64,000 nucleotides of DNA from Shigella phage TB004, in sequence record MW822011. One strand, 5' to 3'. Made by a program: the position numbers and the translations under genes. Within the stretch, counting starts at the first letter, position 1; each line of letters opens with the position of its first letter. This document shows, piece by piece, positions 59,602 through 64,000 of this stretch. The notes beneath the pieces are model-generated. The model did no database searches. It was not told where the DNA came from and saw only the letters and a list, made by a program, of their open reading frames with translations.

Positions 59602-62298
59602 ATGAAAGAATTTTATATCTCTATCGAAACAGTCGGAAATAACATTGTTGAACGTTATATTGATGAAAATGGAAAGGAACGTACTCGTGAAGTAGAATAT
59701 CTTCCGACTATGTTTAGACACTGTAAGGAAGAATCAAAATACAAAGACATTTACGGTAAAAACTGTGCTCCTCAAAAATTTCCATCAATGAAAGATGCAC
59801 GAGATTGGATGAAACGAATGGAAGACATCGGTCTCGAAGCTCTCGGTATGAACGATTTTAAACTCGCTTATATCAGTGATACATATGGTTCAGAAATTGT
59901 TTATGACCGAAAATTTGTTCGTGTAGCTAACTGTGACATTGAGGTTACTGGCGATAAATTTCCTGACCCAATGAAAGCAGAATATGAAATTGATGCTATC
60001 ACTCATTATGATTCAATTGACGACCGTTTTTACGTCTTTGATTTGTTGAATTCAATGTACGGTTCAGTATCAAAATGGGATGCAAAGTTAGCTGCTAAGC
60101 TTGACTGTGAAGGTGGTGATGAAGTTCCTCAAGAAATTCTTGACCGAGTAATTTATATGCCATTCGATAATGAGCGTGATATGCTCATGGAATATATTAA
60201 TCTCTGGGAACAGAAACGACCGGCTATTTTTACCGGTTGGAATATTGAGGGATTTGACGTTCCGTATATCATGAATCGTGTTAAAATGGTTCTGGGCGAA
60301 CGCAGTATGAAACGCTTCTCCCCAATCGGTCGAGTAAAATCTAAATTAATTCAAAATATGTACGGTAGCAAAGAAATTTATTCTATTGATGGCGTATCTA
60401 TTCTTGATTATTTAGATTTGTATAAGAAATTCGCATTTACTAATTTGCCGTCATTTTCTTTGGAATCAGTTGCTCAGCACGAAACCAAAAAAGGTAAATT
60501 GCCGTACGATGGTCCTATTAATAAACTTCGTGAGACTAATCATCAACGATACATTAGTTATAACATCATTGACGTAGAATCAGTTCAAGCAATTGATAAA
60601 ATTCGTGGGTTTATCGATCTAGTTTTAAGTATGTCTTATTATGCTAAAATGCCTTTTTCTGGTGTAATGAGTCCTATTAAAACTTGGGATGCTATTATTT
60701 TTAACTCACTGAAAGGTGAACACAAGGTTATTCCTCAACAAGGTTCGCACGTTAAACAAAGTTTTCCAGGTGCATTTGTATTTGAACCTAAAGCGATTGC
60801 TCGTCGATACATTATGAGTTTTGACTTGACGTCTCTGTATCCTAGCATTATTCGTCAGGTTAACATTAGTCCTGAGACTATTCGCGGGCAGTTTAAAGTT
60901 CATCCAATTCATGAATATATCGCAGGAACAGCTCCTAAGCCAAGTGATGAATATTCTTGCTCTCCGAATGGATGGATGTATGATAAGCACCAAGAAGGTA
61001 TCATTCCAAAGGAAATCGCTAAAGTATTTTTCCAGCGTAAAGATTGGAAAAAGAAAATGTTCGCTGAAGAAATGAATGCCGAAGCTATTAAAAAGATTAT
61101 TATGAAAGGTGCAGGGTCTTGTTCAACTAAACCAGAAGTTGAACGATATGTTAAGTTCAATGATGATTTCTTAAATGAACTATCAAATTACACTGAATCT
61201 GTTCTTAATAGTCTGATCGAAGAATGTGAAAAAGCAGCTACACTTGCTAACACAAATCAGCTGAACCGTAAAATTCTTATTAACAGTCTTTATGGTGCTC
61301 TTGGTAACATTCATTTCCGTTACTATGATTTGCGAAATGCTACTGCTATCACAATTTTTGGTCAAGTTGGTATTCAGTGGATTGCTCGTAAAATTAATGA
61401 ATATCTGAATAAAGTATGTGGAACTGATGGTGAAGATTTCATCGCAGCAGGTGATACTGATTCGGTATATGTTTGTGTAGATAAAGTAATTGAAAAAGTA
61501 GGTCTTGACCGCTTTAAAGAACAAAATGATTTAGTTGAATTCATGAATCAGTTTGGTAAGAAAAAGATGGAACCTATGATTGATGTTGCATATCGTGAGT
61601 TATGTGATTATATGAATAACCGCGAGCATCTAATGCATATGGACCGTGAAGCTATTTCTTGTCCTCCACTTGGTTCAAAGGGCGTTGGTGGATTTTGGAA
61701 AGCGAAAAAACGCTATGCTCTGAACGTTTATGATATGGAAGATAAGCGATTTGCTGAACCACATCTAAAAATCATGGGTATGGAAACTCAACAGAGTTCA
61801 ACACCAAAAGCAGTACAAGAAGCTCTCGAAGAAAGTATTCGTCGCATTCTTCAGGAAGGCGAAGAGTCTGTCCAAGAATACTATAAGAACTTTGAGAAAG
61901 AATATCGTCAACTTGACTATAAAGTTATTGCTGAAGTAAAAACCGCGAACGATATAGCGAAATATGATGATAAAGGTTGGCCAGGATTTAAATGTCCGTT
62001 CCATATTCGTGGTGTGCTAACTTATCGTCGAGCTGTTAGCGGTTTAGGTGTAGCTCCAATTTTGGATGGAAATAAGGTAATGGTTCTTCCATTACGTGAA
62101 GGAAATCCATTTGGTGACAAGTGCATTGCTTGGCCATCAGGCACAGAACTTCCAAAAGAAATTCGTTCTGACGTACTATCTTGGATTGACTACTCAACTT
62201 TGTTCCAAAAATCGTTTGTTAAACCGCTTGCGGGCATGTGTGAATCAGCAGGTATGGACTATGAGGAAAAAGCTTCGTTAGACTTCCTGTTTGGCTGA
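59602..62298 (+). CDS. 43: DNA polymerase gp43 (family B)
   Basis: 898 aa with exonuclease and polymerase motifs (YGDTDS); recognisable T4 gp43. Confidence 0.95.
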   Translation: MKEFYISIETVGNNIVERYIDENGKERTREVEYLPTMFRHCKEESKYKDIYGKNCAPQKFPSMKDARDWMKRMEDIGLEALGMNDFKLAYISDTYGSEIVYDRKFVRVANCDIEVTGDKFPDPMKAEYEIDAITHYDSIDDRFYVFDLLNSMYGSVSKWDAKLAAKLDCEGGDEVPQEILDRVIYMPFDNERDMLMEYINLWEQKRPAIFTGWNIEGFDVPYIMNRVKMVLGERSMKRFSPIGRVKSKLIQNMYGSKEIYSIDGVSILDYLDLYKKFAFTNLPSFSLESVAQHETKKGKLPYDGPINKLRETNHQRYISYNIIDVESVQAIDKIRGFIDLVLSMSYYAKMPFSGVMSPIKTWDAIIFNSLKGEHKVIPQQGSHVKQSFPGAFVFEPKAIARRYIMSFDLTSLYPSIIRQVNISPETIRGQFKVHPIHEYIAGTAPKPSDEYSCSPNGWMYDKHQEGIIPKEIAKVFFQRKDWKKKMFAEEMNAEAIKKIIMKGAGSCSTKPEVERYVKFNDDFLNELSNYTESVLNSLIEECEKAATLANTNQLNRKILINSLYGALGNIHFRYYDLRNATAITIFGQVGIQWIARKINEYLNKVCGTDGEDFIAAGDTDSVYVCVDKVIEKVGLDRFKEQNDLVEFMNQFGKKKMEPMIDVAYRELCDYMNNREHLMHMDREAISCPPLGSKGVGGFWKAKKRYALNVYDMEDKRFAEPHLKIMGMETQQSSTPKAVQEALEESIRRILQEGEESVQEYYKNFEKEYRQLDYKVIAEVKTANDIAKYDDKGWPGFKCPFHIRGVLTYRRAVSGLGVAPILDGNKVMVLPLREGNPFGDKCIAWPSGTELPKEIRSDVLSWIDYSTLFQKSFVKPLAGMCESAGMDYEEKASLDFLFG

Positions 62299-62310
62299 TA
62301 GAATAAATCT

Positions 62311-62332
62311 AGGGACCTCCGGGTCCCTTTTT
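62311..62332 (+). terminator. rho-independent terminator (AGGGACC-TCC-GGGTCCCT + T-run)
   Basis: GC stem plus TTTTT after gene 43. Confidence 0.6.
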
Positions 62333-62413
62333 CATACAAGTAATATAAATCTATACTTAGGAAAAATAGATGATTCTGGACCTCTGGAATTCATTAAAAA
62401 TTTTTTCACAAAA

Positions 62414-62447
62414 CTGTTTACATCTCTGTTCTTCCGTGGTACTATAC
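62414..62447 (+). promoter_or_regulatory. T4-type early promoter with conserved leader GGTACTATACAACTATCAACT
   Basis: GTTTAC ... CGTGGTACTAT. Confidence 0.5.
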
Positions 62448-62479
62448 AACTATCAACTGATACGGATTTGGAGAATGAA

Positions 62480-62860
62480 ATGAAAATCGCTATTTTGGTT
62501 ATTGCATTGGGTCTTACTGGTTGTGTAGCTCAAGGACCAGTAGTAAATCAATCTGATGTAGGAAAAATTGTAAACTGTTCAAGCAAATTTTATAATCCTA
62601 ACGTCAAGTGTTATAAAGAAGCTCCAAAACAGACAGTAGAACAGATGCAGGCAAATTTTGACGAAGCGATTCGTCCAGATGAATCTGCTCAAGCATATCG
62701 TAATTCAGATGTAATTACACGCGAAGAAAAAATTGAAAACTACTGCGCTGAGCTTTGGGCTAATTGGGCTAATAATTACCAATGGCGTACTGGTAAAAAT
62801 GCTCCGATGGAGTATGTAGTGAATTCTTATAATTCATGTGTAAAAAATTTGACTAAGTGA
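62480..62860 (+). CDS. predicted lipoprotein (126 aa) upstream of imm
   Basis: Signal peptide with lipobox LTGC (MKIAILVIALGLTGC). Confidence 0.5.
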   Translation: MKIAILVIALGLTGCVAQGPVVNQSDVGKIVNCSSKFYNPNVKCYKEAPKQTVEQMQANFDEAIRPDESAQAYRNSDVITREEKIENYCAELWANWANNYQWRTGKNAPMEYVVNSYNSCVKNLTK

Positions 62861-62867
62861 GGAAAAC

Positions 62868-63119
62868 ATGGAAACTTTAGTAGCAGGTTCAATTTTTATG
62901 GTTTTAGTTTCAGGTGTGTTGGCTATTATTATATACATGCTTCCGTGGTTCATCGCCTTGATGCGTGGGTCAAAATCGACAGTAGGAATCTTTTTCACAT
63001 CTTTACTGTTTAACTGGTCAATCATTGGTTGGTTTATTACTTTTATTTGGTCAATTGCAGGTGAAACTAAAAAATCTGTACAGCAAAATCAAGTAATTAT
63101 CATCAGAGAGAAGGAATGA
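62868..63119 (+). CDS. imm: superinfection immunity membrane protein Imm
   Basis: 83-aa two-TM protein between 43 and 42. Confidence 0.65.
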   Translation: METLVAGSIFMVLVSGVLAIIIYMLPWFIALMRGSKSTVGIFFTSLLFNWSIIGWFITFIWSIAGETKKSVQQNQVIIIREKE

Positions 63120-63267
63120 AAAGCAAAATTTTAGCAGTATTGCTTTTAATCTTGATGATTATAATAAGTATATACTATAGCGTAGCAGTTCCTTGTATGA
63201 TTCCAACCCTTATTATAGGGTGGAGTTTATTACTGTTACAAGTTAAATATGAATGCATCAATTGAGG
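63118..63267 (+). CDS. small hydrophobic protein (49 aa)
   Basis: MKSKILAVLLLILMIIISIYYSVAVPCMIPTLIIGWSLLLLQVKYECIN read manually. Confidence 0.3.
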
Positions 63268-63271
63268 TTTA

Positions 63272-64000
63272 AATGATTAACGATTATATGACAGTTGAAG
63301 AAATCCGTCTTGATTTGGGTCTTGCATTAAAGGAAAAAGATTTCGTAATTGATAAAACCGGGGTTAAAACTATTGAAATTATTGGTGCATCATTTGTAGC
63401 AGATGAACCTTTTATTTTTGGCGCTCTTAATGATGAATACATTCAGCGTGAACTTGAATGGTATAAGTCTCAAAGTTTGTTTGTTAAAGATATTCCAGGT
63501 GAAACACCAAAGATTTGGCAGCAGGTAGCATCTTCTAAAGGTGAAATTAACTCGAATTATGGTTGGGCCATCTGGTCAGAAGATAACTATGCCCAATATG
63601 ATATGTGTTTAGCTGAACTTGGTCAAAATCCTGATTCTCGCCGCGGTATCATGATTTATACTCGTCCATCCATGCAGTTTGACTACAATAAAGATGGTAT
63701 GTCAGATTTCATGTGTACGAATACAGTACAGTATCTGATTCGTGATAAGAAAGTCAATGCAGTGGTTAGCATGAGAAGCAATGATTGCTGGGCAGGCTAT
63801 CGTAATGATTATGCATGGCAAAAATACGTACTAGATAAATTAGTATCTGATTTGAATGCAGGCGACCCATCGCGGCAATATAAAGCAGGTTCTATTATAT
63901 GGAACGTTGGAAGTCTTCATGTGTACGAAAAACAGTTTTATTTAGTTGACCATTGGTGGAACACTGGTGAAACTCATATTGCTAAAAAGGATTATACTGG
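63272..64000 (+). CDS. 42: dCMP hydroxymethylase gp42, about 243 codons from the start; 3' end beyond window
   Basis: MINDYMTVEEIRLDLGLALKEKDFVIDKTGVKTIEIIGASF..., recognisable as T4 gp42. Confidence 0.9.

Overview
This 64-kb window is a contiguous block of a T4-like (T-even) myophage genome, not bacterial chromosome. Identification rests on translated ORFs I recognise directly (T4 lysozyme e, gp5 hub-lysozyme, gp43 DNA polymerase, gp45 clamp, gp44/62, gp46/47, NrdD/NrdG, Tk, dNMP kinase gp1, RegB, alpha-glucosyltransferase, gp42) and on T4 gene order. Layout: late baseplate genes on the minus strand (9 partial, 8, 7, 6, 5.4, 5, 53; 1-10121), then essentially everything on the plus strand: 4-2-3-1-57A-57B-ipI, accessory ORFs, a 10-tRNA cluster, accessory ORFs, nudE-e-ipIII-ipII-denV, grcA-like, regB, a macro-domain gene, tk-rI, a long accessory region (30-41.6 kb), nrdC-49-nrdD-HNH-nrdG, 55, HNH, a-gt-47-46-rpbA-45-44-62-regA-43-imm-42 (partial). 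It is a relative of T4 rather than T4 itself: nrdD is one uninterrupted ORF, there are two extra tRNAs (Tyr, Asn), and denV and ipIII are disrupted. Recurring early-promoter/leader cassettes, TATAAATA late promoters and GGGCTTCGGCCC-type hairpins punctuate the map. I could not run any database search, so novelty of accessory ORFs is unverified and I cannot point to one demonstrably new system. The most system-like unexplained loci are a nucleotidyltransferase + P-loop ATPase + GIY-YIG block (32.9-35.7 kb), a tandem array of four divergent coiled-coil paralogs (37.1-41.1 kb), a late-promoter gene with an internal-protein-like capsid-targeting N-terminus split by an A9 tract (17.1-17.8 kb), and duplicated capsid-targeting-sequence cassettes around ipI. 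Coordinates of hand-called features (tRNAs, promoters, hairpins) may be off by 1-2 nt.
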